Part shown: positions 10,249 through 21,600 of the stretch, one piece after another
Numbering within the stretch: position 1 is the stretch's first letter
Layout of the letters: the number at the start of each line of letters is the position of its first letter
Origin: Nitrosopumilus sp.
GTDB taxonomy: Archaea; Thermoproteota; Nitrososphaeria; Nitrososphaerales; Nitrosopumilaceae
Length of the DNA: 64,000 bases
Reading direction: 5' to 3'
NCBI GenBank assembly: GCA_963662625.1
Contig: OY759726.1
Location: forward strand, 1,696,001-1,760,000
Position numbers and translations under genes: made by a program
Notes under the pieces: model-generated
The model's database searches: none
The model's input: the letters and a program-made list of their open reading frames with translations, nothing else
What the model was told of the DNA's origin: nothing

Positions 10249-10336
10249 TGCCGTAGAGCGGGCCCGATCCCTTATGTTGGTTTTGTTTCGCCCCGCGCGC
10301 CCGGGGATCGAGGGCCGCGCCGAGGCGGCCGGCGGC

Positions 10337-13300
10337 CTAGCCGCCCCGCGCGCCGTAGACCCTCTCGAGCGCCGCCGCCTTCTCCTCGTCCGGTATGGAG
10401 TCGAGCGCCTTTTGCATGATCTGCTTCAGCATCGGTATGTCGTTCCTCACCCCTATCGCCAGGTCGTACGTGTACCCGGACGGGCCGGAGTTTGCCAGCC
10501 CCTCGATTCCCAGCGTGCCGATGATGTGCGACGCGTTCGGCCACGGCATGATGACCATGTCTGCGTCGCCCGCGGCCACCGCCCGCAGCGCGTCGCGTAT
10601 GTCGTCAAACGTGGCATGGCCTGCCCCGGGGTGCGTCCGCGCGATCCACGACTCCGTGGCGTCGTCAATCTCCGTGGCTATCCGGAACCCTGACAGGTCG
10701 CCGTTGTCGATGTCCCTCTCGCCCAGCGTCACCATGTCGGCCGAGATTACCGTGTGCGGGCCGGTAAAGTCCATGAAGCCGCGCCGGTCCTCCGTGTCGG
10801 CGACCGTCATCAGCACGTCCGCGTCGCCGTTCCTGACGGCGTCCAGCGCCCCCGGCCACGACGAGATGCCGCCCGCCTCCACCAGGTTGGCGCCGGTGTA
10901 CCGTTCCACCCTCGCGACGTACCATCCGGTGAGCCCGTCGAGGCTCCCCTCGTCGTTCAGGTACTCTATGGGCACCCACCCGGGGTCGTACGCCACCCGT
11001 ATGGTGCCGTTCCGGGCAAGCCACGCCTCCTCCCCGTACGTCAGGGCGGACGGGTCGTAGAGCCCCTCCAGCGCAGCCGCCTTCTCCTCGTCCGGTATGG
11101 AGTCGAGCGCCTTTTGCATGATCTGCTTCAGCACCGGGATGTCGTTCCTCACCCCTATCGCCAGGTCGTACGCGTAGCCCGACGGGCCGGAGTTTGCCAG
11201 CCCGCCTATGCCAGAGGTGTATGTTATGTATGACGCGTTTGCCCACGGCAGGATGGTCATGTCGGCGTCGCCCGCCGCCACCGCCCGCAGTGCCCCCTGG
11301 ACGTCGTCAAAGGAGTCGTACTCGGCCCCCGGGTGCGCCTGGTCGAGCCACGATTCCAGCGCGTCCCCGCCCACCGTGGCTATCCGGAACCCTGACAGGT
11401 CGCCGTTGTCGATGTCCCTCTCGCCCAGCGTCACCATGTCGGCCGTCAGCGTCGTGTGCGGCCTGGTGAAGTCCAGAAATTCGTGCCTGCCCTCCGTGTC
11501 CGCAATCATCATCAGCACGTCCGCCCCGCCGTTCCTGGCGGCGTCGAGCGCCCCTGCCCACGTGGAGAACCCTTCCGCCCCGACCAGGTCGGCGCCGGTG
11601 TACCGTTCCACCCTCGCGACGTACCATCCGGTGAGCCCGTCGAGGCTCCCCTCGTCGTTCAGGTACTCTATGGGCACCCACCCGGGGTCGTACGCCACCC
11701 GTATGGTGCCGTTCCGGGCAAGCCACGCCTCCTCCCCGTACGTCAGGGCGGACGGGTCGTAGAGCCCCTCCAGCGCAGCCGCCTTCTCCTCGTCCGGTAT
11801 GGAGTCGAGCGCCTTTTGCATGATCTGCTTCAGCACCGGGATGTCGTTCCTCACCCCTATCGCCAGGTCGTACGCGTAGCCCGACGGGCCGGAGTTTGCC
11901 AGCCCGCCTATGCCAGAGGTGTATGTTATGTATGACGCGTTTGCCCACGGCAGGATGGTCATGTCGGCGTCGCCCGCCGCCACCGCCCGCAGTGCCCCCT
12001 GGACGTCGTCAAAGGAGTCGTACTCGGCCCCCGGGTGCGCCTGGTCGAGCCACGATTCCAGCGCGTCCCCGCCCACCGTGGCTATCCGGAACCCTGACAG
12101 GTCGCCGTTGTCGATGTCCCTCTCGCCCAGCGTCACCATGTCGGCCGTCAGCGTCGTGTGCGGCCTGGTGAAGTCCAGAAATTCGTGCCTGCCCTCCGTG
12201 TCCGCAATCATCATCAGCACGTCCGCCCCGCCGTTCCTGGCGGCGTCGAGCGCCCCTGCCCACGTGGAGAACCCTTCCGCCCCGACCAGGTCGGCGCCGG
12301 TGTACTGTCCCACCCTTGCCATGTACCACGCCGTGAGGCCGTCGACGTCCCCCGCGTCGTTCAGGTACTCTATGGGCTGCCACGCGGGGTCGTACGCCAC
12401 CCGTATGGCGCCGTTGTCGTCGAGCCACGCCGCCTCCGCGTCGGTAAGGGCGGGCGCGCCGGCCGGGCCCGCGCCTGCCTGCCACGTCCCGTGGCTGTAC
12501 GATCCGCTGCCGAACACGTACCCGTCATGGAGGACGAACGTCGACTGCTTCGGCTCCACGGTGCCGGTGGCCGGGTTGGCAAACTCGTAGCCCGCGGTGG
12601 ACCTGCCCGTTTCCGCCAGGTCGTCCAGCACGTCGTCCCATTCTAGCAGCTCGGCTATCAGCGTCGCGTTCCCCACCAGGGCGGGGTTTGCGCCGTGGGC
12701 CACTATCGTCCCGTCCGTGTCCAGCACGAACGGGTATGACTCCTTCTTGCTCTCCATGGACGTGATGGCAGCAAACGCCCCGTCCGTTCCCAGCAGGTCG
12801 TACGCCGCGATGGCGTTCCTGATGGACCAGTCCGAGCCCACTGCCATGGCCCTCTGCCCCTCGAGGTAGAACCCGCTGCCGAATATGTACCCGTCGCGCT
12901 GCACCACCCACGACATCTTTGCCTGGTCCCCGCCGGTCGCCGGGTTGAGGAACACGTACGTCATCCACGCGCCGTCCCCCCTGTCCAGCGCGTCCCTCAG
13001 GCCGCCAACCGCCGCCTCCAGCTGTATGTCGGACCACGCCTTGGCCCCCCTCCGGTCCAGCGTGGAGCCGTCTGCCATCTCCACCGCGGTATCCGACGTG
13101 ATCACGAACGGGTACGCGTTCTCCTCCACGTTCATCGCGGTGATTATCTCAAACGCGCCGCTGCCGTGCGCGTCGTACAGCGCTAGCGCGTTACTGACTG
13201 CGAGCACCGCGTCCCTCATGAGCCCGTAGGTGGCCCCCCCGTCCTGGGAGCCGGCCTCCGCGGCAATCCCGGCGTCGGCGAGCCGCTGCACGGACTGCTC

Positions 13301-13498
13301 GTGCACGCATATGGCGTCCCCGTTGCCCCGCACCATCAGCTGCAGGCCCTCGCGGCACGCCACGTCCTCCGCGGCTATGCCGCCTGACATCTGTGCCCTG
13401 GGGGAGAGGACGCTCATGCCGTCGCCGTGCGCGGCGAGGATCCCGGGGGCAGCCGCCACCGCGGCCAGCAACACCACGAGCAACGGGACCGCATTCAT
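10337..13498 (-). CDS. Secreted protein: signal peptide, small two-Cys domain, 2x Cache-like, 3x SBP family 3 (BvgS-type VFT) domains
   Basis: Cache-like motifs YPFVI...NPATG...DGYIFGSG (twice); LTxxExAWL...IRVAYDPxWxPIEY...LAIGVRND...ILQKAL-like (three times). Confidence 0.88.
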   Translation of the reverse strand: MNAVPLLVVLLAAVAAAPGILAAHGDGMSVLSPRAQMSGGIAAEDVACREGLQLMVRGNGDAICVHEQSVQRLADAGIAAEAGSQDGGATYGLMRDAVLAVSNALALYDAHGSGAFEIITAMNVEENAYPFVITSDTAVEMADGSTLDRRGAKAWSDIQLEAAVGGLRDALDRGDGAWMTYVFLNPATGGDQAKMSWVVQRDGYIFGSGFYLEGQRAMAVGSDWSIRNAIAAYDLLGTDGAFAAITSMESKKESYPFVLDTDGTIVAHGANPALVGNATLIAELLEWDDVLDDLAETGRSTAGYEFANPATGTVEPKQSTFVLHDGYVFGSGSYSHGTWQAGAGPAGAPALTDAEAAWLDDNGAIRVAYDPAWQPIEYLNDAGDVDGLTAWYMARVGQYTGADLVGAEGFSTWAGALDAARNGGADVLMMIADTEGRHEFLDFTRPHTTLTADMVTLGERDIDNGDLSGFRIATVGGDALESWLDQAHPGAEYDSFDDVQGALRAVAAGDADMTILPWANASYITYTSGIGGLANSGPSGYAYDLAIGVRNDIPVLKQIMQKALDSIPDEEKAAALEGLYDPSALTYGEEAWLARNGTIRVAYDPGWVPIEYLNDEGSLDGLTGWYVARVERYTGADLVGAEGFSTWAGALDAARNGGADVLMMIADTEGRHEFLDFTRPHTTLTADMVTLGERDIDNGDLSGFRIATVGGDALESWLDQAHPGAEYDSFDDVQGALRAVAAGDADMTILPWANASYITYTSGIGGLANSGPSGYAYDLAIGVRNDIPVLKQIMQKALDSIPDEEKAAALEGLYDPSALTYGEEAWLARNGTIRVAYDPGWVPIEYLNDEGSLDGLTGWYVARVERYTGANLVEAGGISSWPGALDAVRNGDADVLMTVADTEDRRGFMDFTGPHTVISADMVTLGERDIDNGDLSGFRIATEIDDATESWIARTHPGAGHATFDDIRDALRAVAAGDADMVIMPWPNASHIIGTLGIEGLANSGPSGYTYDLAIGVRNDIPMLKQIMQKALDSIPDEEKAAALERVYGARGG
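10889..12305. repeat. Near-perfect tandem duplication, period 702 bp (one SBP domain)
   Basis: Off-frame ORFs recur identically at +702 (11194..11469 = 11896..12171); sequence diverges outside these bounds. Confidence 0.92.
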
Positions 13499-13678
13499 GC
13501 GATTCCATCCCGCGGATGGTATTTGAGGCTTGTGGATGCGCGCAGAGCGTCAACCGTACGGAAAGTCGGTCCGCGCCGGGACCCGGCCGCGTGGCAGGGC
13601 CGCCCCGTCCGATCACGCGCGGGCCGGCTTCGTGCCGCCGGCGCCCTGCCAGCCAGGCGGCCGCCCCCCGCATGCGCT

Positions 13679-14491
13679 TCATGCGAGCGACACGCACAGG
13701 TGATCTGCCCATTCCCAGCGCACCGCCCCGAACTCGACCTCCTTGACTTCCATGCTGATGATGGGCACGAACGCCCCTCCCCTTTCCAGCAGGACGTACG
13801 CCGCGGTGGCGTTCCTGTCAGGCCACCCCGAGATCACCTCAGCGGCCCTCTGGCCCTCGAGGTGGAACCCGCTGCCGAATATGTACCCGTCGCGCTGCAC
13901 CATCCACGACGCCTTTGCCAGGTCCCCGCCGGTCGCCGGGTCGTTGAACACGTACGTTACCCACATGCCGTCCCCCCTGTCCAGCGCGTCCCTCAGCCCC
14001 CCCACCGTCGCCTCCAGCCGGATGTCGGACCATATCTTCGCCCCCCTCCGGTCCAGCGTGGAGCCGTCTGCCACCTCCACCGCGGTATCCGAGGTGATCA
14101 CGAACGGGTACGTTTCCACGGCGACGTTCATCGCGGTGATCATCCTAAACGCGCCGCTGCCGTGCGCGTCGTACAGCGCTAGCGCGTTACTGACTGCGAG
14201 CACCGCGTCCCTCATGAGCCCGTAGGTGGCCCCCCCGTCCTGGGAGCCGGCCTCCGCGGCAATCCCGGCGTCGGCGAGCCGCCGTACGGACTGCTCGTGC
14301 ACGCATACTGCGTCCCCGCCGCCCCGCACCATCAGCTGCAGGCCCTCGCGGCACGCCACGTCCTCCGCGGCTATGCCGCCTGACATCTGTGCCCTGGGGG
14401 AGATGGCGTCCATGCCGTCGCCGTGCGCGGCGAGGATCCCGGGGGCCGCCGCCACGGACAGGGCCATGATAAGCGGCAGGCTGCCCACCAT
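13679..14491 (-). CDS. Truncated paralog of the 10337..13498 protein (signal, Cys domain, one Cache domain)
   Basis: DNA is near-identical at offset 996; homology degenerates and ends early in the second Cache domain (~13745). Confidence 0.75.
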   Translation of the reverse strand: MVGSLPLIMALSVAAAPGILAAHGDGMDAISPRAQMSGGIAAEDVACREGLQLMVRGGGDAVCVHEQSVRRLADAGIAAEAGSQDGGATYGLMRDAVLAVSNALALYDAHGSGAFRMITAMNVAVETYPFVITSDTAVEVADGSTLDRRGAKIWSDIRLEATVGGLRDALDRGDGMWVTYVFNDPATGGDLAKASWMVQRDGYIFGSGFHLEGQRAAEVISGWPDRNATAAYVLLERGGAFVPIISMEVKEVEFGAVRWEWADHLCVSLA

Positions 14492-14631
14492 GCCATTTCG
14501 GGGCACGGGTATTATTTGAGGATTACGTCGTGGCGCGTGGTGGGGCGGGGCCCTGGAGGGGGCGCGCCGCTCCCGGCGCCGCGCCGCGGGATCGCCCGCA
14601 GGTTTTTTAGCCACGCGCGCCCACGGGTACC

Positions 14632-15354
14632 ATGGTGGATCTCTTCGTCGACATCGAGACCGCGCCGGACATGACGCGCGAGGAGTACCTCGGGACCAAG
14701 GAGGACGTGGACTCGGGGCGGCTCACCCGGGACTCTGCTGACAGGGAAAGGTTCTGGAGGTTCAAGCGGGGAGGGCTGGTGCCATTTGACGGCAAGGTGA
14801 TCCTGATCACGTACAAGATCAACGGCGGGTACACCCACCGGCTCAAGGAATGGGAGGACGGCGAGGAGGCCATACTGAGGAAGTTCTTCGACCTGGCGGC
14901 AGACCTGCAGAAGGGGCAGGGGGACGACCGGCTGAAGATCATAGGCCACAACATACTCGGCTTCGACCTGTTCTTCCTGTACCACCGCATGTGCCACTAC
15001 GGGTTCCAGGAGGACAAGTGGGTCTACCAGCGGATCATAAACAAGCCCGAGGTGGTGGACTTTCTGCAGGTGCACCTGCCGCTCAACGGCTTTCGGACGA
15101 AGGGGCTCAAGCACGACGTGCTGGCACACGCGTACGGGCTCCCCGCCAAGGACTCGCTGGGCTCGGAGGAGATCGACCACTACTTCCTGGGGGAATACGA
15201 CAGGATACTGGAATACTCGGAGCGGGAGTTCGTCTACCCGGAACTGTACAGGAAGATGGTGGACGGGGGCATCGTCACCGGGGCGAAGCTTCAGGAGGCC
15301 ATCGCGTGGTACGACGGCCTGCACGGCGCCGGGTCCCCGGCCGCGGGGCAGTGA
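14632..15354 (+). CDS. DEDD-type 3'-5' exonuclease (PolB-exo-like)
   Basis: ExoI FVDIET, ExoII IIGHNILGFD, ExoIII-like EYSERE. Confidence 0.8.
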   Translation: MVDLFVDIETAPDMTREEYLGTKEDVDSGRLTRDSADRERFWRFKRGGLVPFDGKVILITYKINGGYTHRLKEWEDGEEAILRKFFDLAADLQKGQGDDRLKIIGHNILGFDLFFLYHRMCHYGFQEDKWVYQRIINKPEVVDFLQVHLPLNGFRTKGLKHDVLAHAYGLPAKDSLGSEEIDHYFLGEYDRILEYSEREFVYPELYRKMVDGGIVTGAKLQEAIAWYDGLHGAGSPAAGQ

Positions 15355-15394
15355 CCCTCCCGGCAGCGCCAGGACGCCGCCATGCGAGTGGGCT

Positions 15395-15471
15395 TGGTGG
15401 GATCGGCGTGATTTGAACACGCGGCCTCTGCGTCCCGAACGCAGCATCCTGCCAAGCTGGACTACGATCCC
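15395..15471 (-). tRNA. tRNA-Pro(CGG), CCA encoded
   Basis: Reverse complement GGGATCGTAGTCCAGCTTGGCAGGATGCTGCGTT-CGG-GACGCAGAGGCCGCGTGTTCAAATCACGCCGATCCCA-CCA folds as a cloverleaf. Confidence 0.95.
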
Positions 15472-15625
15472 AATACCCCTCTGAACGAAGCTGATTTAAG
15501 CGTCTCTTCTCGGCCAGCCGGGCGAAATGCGCCTGGCCGGGGCGGGCGAATGCCCGCGCGCGCCCAAACCCCGGCCACCGCGCCGGGCGCGGGGCCGCGT
15601 TTCGCTTGGATGCTTGTCCGTGGGG

Positions 15626-18600
15626 TTACGGGACCGGGGCCAGGCCGACGTTCATGACGTACGTGGAGCCGGGCGCCGGATCCGCCACGGTGAGCGCCCC
15701 GATGACGCCGGTCACTGGATCCGCCGGGGATGTGACCGCATACCCGTCGGGGACAGCCGCCTGCGCCACCCAGCTGGACGGCACCAGGTATGCCGTGCCG
15801 GCCGCCCCGTCCGAGCCGGTCGTGACGGTTCCGGACTCGCCCGTGGCGTACTGGTACGTCGTGGCGCTGACTCCCGGGACGGCGGCCTCGCCCGCGTCCA
15901 GGATCCCGTTGAAGTTGGCGTCCACGTATGCCACCACTACCAGCGTCACGAGCTCCGACTGCTGGGCCGGGCGGAACCCGACGTCAAACGTAAGGGAACT
16001 TCCACTGTCCGGGGCCTGGACGTACGTGTACGCCTGCCCCGTGGTGAGTGTGTGGCCTGACGGGAAGTACGACGACTGCACCAGCGTGACCCCCGGATCC
16101 GGCGTGATCCCGCTGAACGAGTACGTGCCGTCCTGGCCGGTCGTGGCCATGGTGACCGTTCCGGTGAGCAGGTCCGTCGCGATCATGGCGTGGCCCGCGA
16201 TGCCAGGCTCGCCGGCGTCCATGGCGCCGTCACCGTCGGCGTCGGCGAACACGGTTCCTGACAGCGTCGCGTAATCCTGCTGCGGGATGGCTACCAGCCC
16301 AAAGTCCGCGGCGGACGTGCCCCCGGGGGCCAGGGTGACCTGCGAATAGTGCACGGTGCCGTCGGCCACGGTGTACCCTGTCGGGAACGGCGACACCTGC
16401 ACCAGGTATGGCCCGAGCCCCGCGTTGTCAAACCTGTACGTGCCGTCCGCGGCGGTGACAGTGCCGACGCTCTGCATGTTCGAGTAGTCTATCGCGGTTA
16501 TGCCAACGTTCCCTATGCCGTACGTGCCGCCGGCGACTACCGTTGCGGTGTACATCACGTAGACCGAGGGCGAGGTGAATGCCCCTGCTGCCAGGTCGGC
16601 GTCGCCGTCGCCGTCGAGGTCGCCGATGCTTGCCACCGAGGTGCCAAAGCTGTCTCCAGCGGACAGGGGCGGGCCGTTGGGCGTCTGGCCGTCGACCGTG
16701 GCGGTCCGCTTTACGGTGCCGTCGGGGTTGAGGAACAGCACGTGCACCGCCCCCGTACAGTCACAGGTGACGGGTCCTGGCGCGCCGACGGCGATGTCCG
16801 GAGTCCCGTCGCCGTCTAGGTCTCCGACGCCTGCCACCGAGGAGCCGAAGCGGTCTCCCGCGGACAGGGGCGGGCCGTTGGGCGTCTGGCCGTCGACCCC
16901 GGCGGTCAGCTTTACGGTGCCGTCGGGGTTCATGAGCAGGACGAATGCGTCGCCCGACACGGCGCTGCCCAGGACACGTCCTGGCGCGCCGACGGCGATG
17001 TCCGGAGTCCCGTCGCCGTCGAGGTCTCCCAGGCCGGAGACGGACTGGCCGAAGACGTCGCCTCCTGCCAAGGACGGGCCGTTGGGGACGGTCCCGTTGA
17101 CCTCGGCGGTCCGCTTTACGGTGCCGTCGGGGTTCATGAAGATCACGTACAGGTCGCCTGTTGCGGCGCTACCTAAGATGCTGCCCGGCGCGCCGACGGC
17201 GATGTCCGGAGTTCCGTCGCCGTCGAGGTCGCCGACGCCTGCCACCGACGCGCCGAAGCGGTCTCCCGCGGACAGGGGCGGGCCGTTGGGCGTCTGGCCG
17301 TCGACCCCGGCGGTCCGCTTTACGGTGCCGTCGGGGTTCATGAAGATCACGTAAAGGTCCCCGGTGGTGGTGCCCCTGAGGAGGTGGCCCGGAGCGCCGA
17401 CGGCGATGTCCGGAGTCCCGTCGCCGTCGAGGTCGCCGACGCCTGCCGCCGACGCGCCGAAGCGGTCGGCGGGCCCCAGCACGGGGCCGCTGGGCGTCGT
17501 ACCGTCGATTACGGTTACGCGCTTTACGGTGCCGTCCGCATTCATGAACATGATGTAGGCCTCGCCCGTGAAGACGTTGTCGCGGCTGTGTCCCGGGGCG
17601 CCCACGGCGGCATCCGCCACGCCGTCGCCGTCGAGGTCTCCGATGCCCGCGATCGACTGCCCAAAGAAGTGGTTCACATACGACGGGGGCGCAATGTCCC
17701 CGCCGGCGATCTCCGCTGTCCGCTTTACGGTGCCGTCGGGGTTCATGAAGATCACGTACATGGTGTCGTTCCCAAACGTGCCAACGGCGATATCCACCGT
17801 ACCGTCGCCGTCGAGGTCTCCGACGCCTGCCGCCGACGCGCCGAAGCGGTCTCCAGCGGACAGGGACGGGACGTTGGGCGTCTGGCCGTCGACCGTGGCG
17901 GTCAGCTTTACGGTGCCGTCGGGGTTGAGGAACAGCACGTGCACCGCCCCCGTGCAGTCACAGGGGACGGGTCCTGGCGCGCCTACGGCGATGTCCGGAG
18001 TCCCGTCGCCGTCGAGGTCGCCGACGCCTGCCGCCGACGCGCCGAAGCGGTCTCCCGCGGACAGGGACGGGCCGTTGGGGACGGTCCCGTTGACCTCGGC
18101 GGTCCGCTTTACGGTGCCGTCGGGGTTCATGAAGATCACGTACAGGTCCCCTGTGGCGGCGTTCCCGACCGTGTGGCCCGGCGCGCCTACGGCGATGTCC
18201 GGAGTCCCGTCGCCGTCGAGGTCGCCGACGCCTGCCGCCGACGCGCCGAAGCGGTCTCCCGCGGACAGGGACGGGCCGTTGGGGACGGTCCCGTTGACCT
18301 CGGCGGTCCGCTTTACGGTGCCGTCGGGGTTCATGAAGATCACGTACAGGTCCCCTGTTGCGGCGCTACCGAAGATGTTGCCCGGCGCGCCTACGGCGAT
18401 GTCCGGAGTCCCGTCGCCGTCGAGGTCGCCGACGCCTGCCGCCGACGCGCCGAAGCGGTCTCCCGCGGACAGGGACGGGCCGTTGGGGACGGTCCCGTTG
18501 ACCTCGGCGGTCCGCTTTACGGTGCCGTCGGGGTTCATGAAGATCACGTACAGGTCGCCTGTTGCGGCGCCCATGAGGAGGTGGCCCGGCGCGCCTACGG

Positions 18601-21600
18601 CGATGTCCGGAGTCCCGTCGCCGTCGAGGTCGCCGACGCCTGCCGCCGAGGTGCCGAACTGGTCGCCGTCTGCCAGCGACGGGCCATTTGGCACCGTGCC
18701 GTCGACCGTGGCGGTCCGCTTTACGGTGCCGTCGGGGTTGAGGAACAGCACGTGCACCGCCCCCGTGCACTCGCAGGTGGGGGATCCTGGTGCGCCGACT
18801 GCCACGTCGGTCGTGCCGTCGCCGTCAAGGTCGCCGACGCCTTCGGTCGAGGTGCCGAACGTAAAGTCGGGTTTGGCCGCGTCGGCCATGTCGCTGCCCT
18901 TGATCTGCACGGCGGATGCTAGCGGCAGATGGCCGTCGGCGACTACCGACACCGTGCCGGCGATGGCCCCGAACCCGCTCTCGTTGGCCCACTGCGGCGC
19001 GGGGCCTGGCTGGGACACCACCCTGTATACCGCGTACGACAGGGGCCTGTCCAGGTCGCCGGCCCCGTCCAAGGAATAGTCGCCAAGGGCGCCGGACGAC
19101 CTTTCTGCCACCCCTGGTATCGCTCCTGCCACGGTCGTGCCGCGCCTTTCTGCCTCTATGATTGAGTTGCCCAGCAGGTGCACGGCGTCATAGTACCCGA
19201 AGGAGTACGGTACGACGTCCAACCCCTCGCCCAGCAGCTGCGCCGAGAGGCCGGAGTTGACCTCGTTGTCGGGCACCTCGAATATCGTGGCGGAGATGCC
19301 GACCATTGCCGCGATCGGGCCCGCCGCCGGGTCTGCCGCTATGATGCCGCTCGTGGCAATCCCGTCGGTGCCGTACCACTTGACGCCAAACGCCCCGGCC
19401 GCCGGGTTGGAGTTGATCGTCTTCACCAGGTCTATGAACTCGTTGTCGAACCCTATGAACACCACCGCGGTGGCCGTGGCGCCTGCCGACCGGACGGCCG
19501 CCGCCAGCTGCCTCTCGAGCTCCGCCGCCACGCCGGAATGGTCGGGTGACGCTATCTGGTACGGTATGGAGGCGATGGTTCCGCCGTAGCTGTCCTTGAG
19601 GGTTCCTGCTATCCCGTTGCCCCACGGGCCGTCCCTGTATACGGCCACGACCATGGTCTTGCCGTCGCCGTCAAGCTTGGATATTATCGCGGGCACCTGG
19701 TACGTGTCGGGCGGCACCAGCCGGAACACGCTATCTGCCACGGCCAGCGACGGCGCGGTCGACGACGGGGACACCATCACCGCGTCCGTGGCGTACACGT
19801 CAGCGTACGCCTTTGCCATGGCGAGGCTCGAGCTGGAAGACGGCCCTATGAAGTACGATACGCCGTTCCTTTCCGGATAGTACCCTGACCCGAAGATGTA
19901 GCCGTCGTAGGCCACGAGCAGGGACCGTTTAAGCTGGTACGCGCCTGCCTGGGACACCATGTGCTGCCACCACGTCTCGCCGCCGGCCGCGTCGCCGTTG
20001 ATCTCCCCGAGATCCTTGCTGTACGTGGCCCGGAACGCCTCTATGTTGGCCCCCCTCGCGCCGCCGTCGTCGTGGGCGACCATGATGCCGGTGGCGCCGT
20101 CGATCACGAACGGGCTGGACGGGGATCCCTGGCCGGTGCCGGATATGGTGTCAAAGTACGCGTCCGCGCCGTTGGCGGGATCCGCCGCGACGCTCGCGTC
20201 GTAGGCCGCGATGGCCGCGTCTATCGCCTGCCGCAGCCTGTCCCGGTTGCCGTCGTCGTCCATGTCGTGGCGTATGTTCTGCATGGCCGTGTGGGTCCTC
20301 TGGGAGGAGATGTCGGCCACCGAGAGCACCAGCGGCGTCTGCACGTTCTGCGCGTTAAAGTCGTTTACCGCGATCTCCATCACCCTCTGGCGCACGTTCT
20401 CGCCGGACCACGAGCCCTGGAGGTTCAGGAGGCCGCCGATGACGGCGTCTGGGCGCACCAGTCCCACGCCCGGGACGTACGTGCCCACCTGCTCCCATCC
20501 TCCGGACTCCACTCCCCACACCGCGTAGCTTGCGGCCGCGAGGTCTCCAGCCGCGTTCAGCCTGATGTTGCCAAGGGCGCCGCTGTAGTCCGCGGCGATC
20601 GGCGGGATCTGCCTCTTTACCTCCTCAAATCCCCCGTCGCCGGCGGCGTCCATCGCGAGGCCCAGCACCCACACCGAGTCGTACGACGAGTACGCGTAGA
20701 CGTTGGGGGTGCCGACTATCCGCGGATCCGCGAGGAGGCGCTCGTGCAGCTTCTTGTACGTCTCGCCCGTGGCGTCCTTGTCGAATATGCTCGCCCTGAA
20801 GTTTGCGTCCCTCAGGAACGCGAACACCTTGGGGTCGCTCACCAGGCTCCCGTTCAGCACGTTGGAATCGGCGCCCATCCACTGCACGGTGCTGAGCACC
20901 GGGTGGTCTGCCGCCTTGCCGAAGAACGACTGCGATTCCCCAAGCCCCACGTACAGCACCGCCACCTTGTCCGCCCCGTACGTGTCGACGTGGCCCTGGA
21001 CCTTGTCGGCCAGCTGCCGCGCCATCTCAGTGAAAGTGGCGTCGTAGCAGCCGTCCGTGTCGCAGGTGGGGTAGCTTCCAAGGTCGTCGGCGGTTCCGCC
21101 CAGCCTCACGAACTCCGCCGTCGTGCTGTCGCGCAGCCCGTTCCCGTACAGGTCGTCCCTCCAGACCGTGACCAGGACCTCCGCGCCGTTGTCCGTCATG
21201 ATGCTGGCAAGCACCGGCGCCTGCAGGGAGTCGTCCGCCGCCAGGCGGAACACGTTGTCGCCCGCTATCGCCATGGACGGGGCGGTGGAGCAGCAGCTGA
21301 GGAGCAGCATGTTGTTAAAGTTGACATAGTCCCTTATCTTGCCGATGCCGGAGCTTGCGGACGGGCCGGACACGTAGATGATCCCGTCGTCGTTGAGCTC
21401 CTTGATCGGCCCGGAGTACCCGTCGGCTATGGTGTCCTTGATGTCGAGCCCGATCCGCCACTTCGCGCCCTTCTCTGCCAGGTAATCGTTAAAGTCCGAT
21501 ATGGCTATCTCCTTGGCCACCTGCCTGTGGACCCCTGCGCCGTCTGCCCTGGTCACTGGCACGAGCCCGCCTATGTCTACCACCTCGACCCATTCGCCGC

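Noticed and set aside
16550-18870. DGR- or CRISPR-like constant/variable pattern
   Set aside because: It is an in-frame protein repeat; differences are not adenine-restricted and no reverse transcriptase is in the window.
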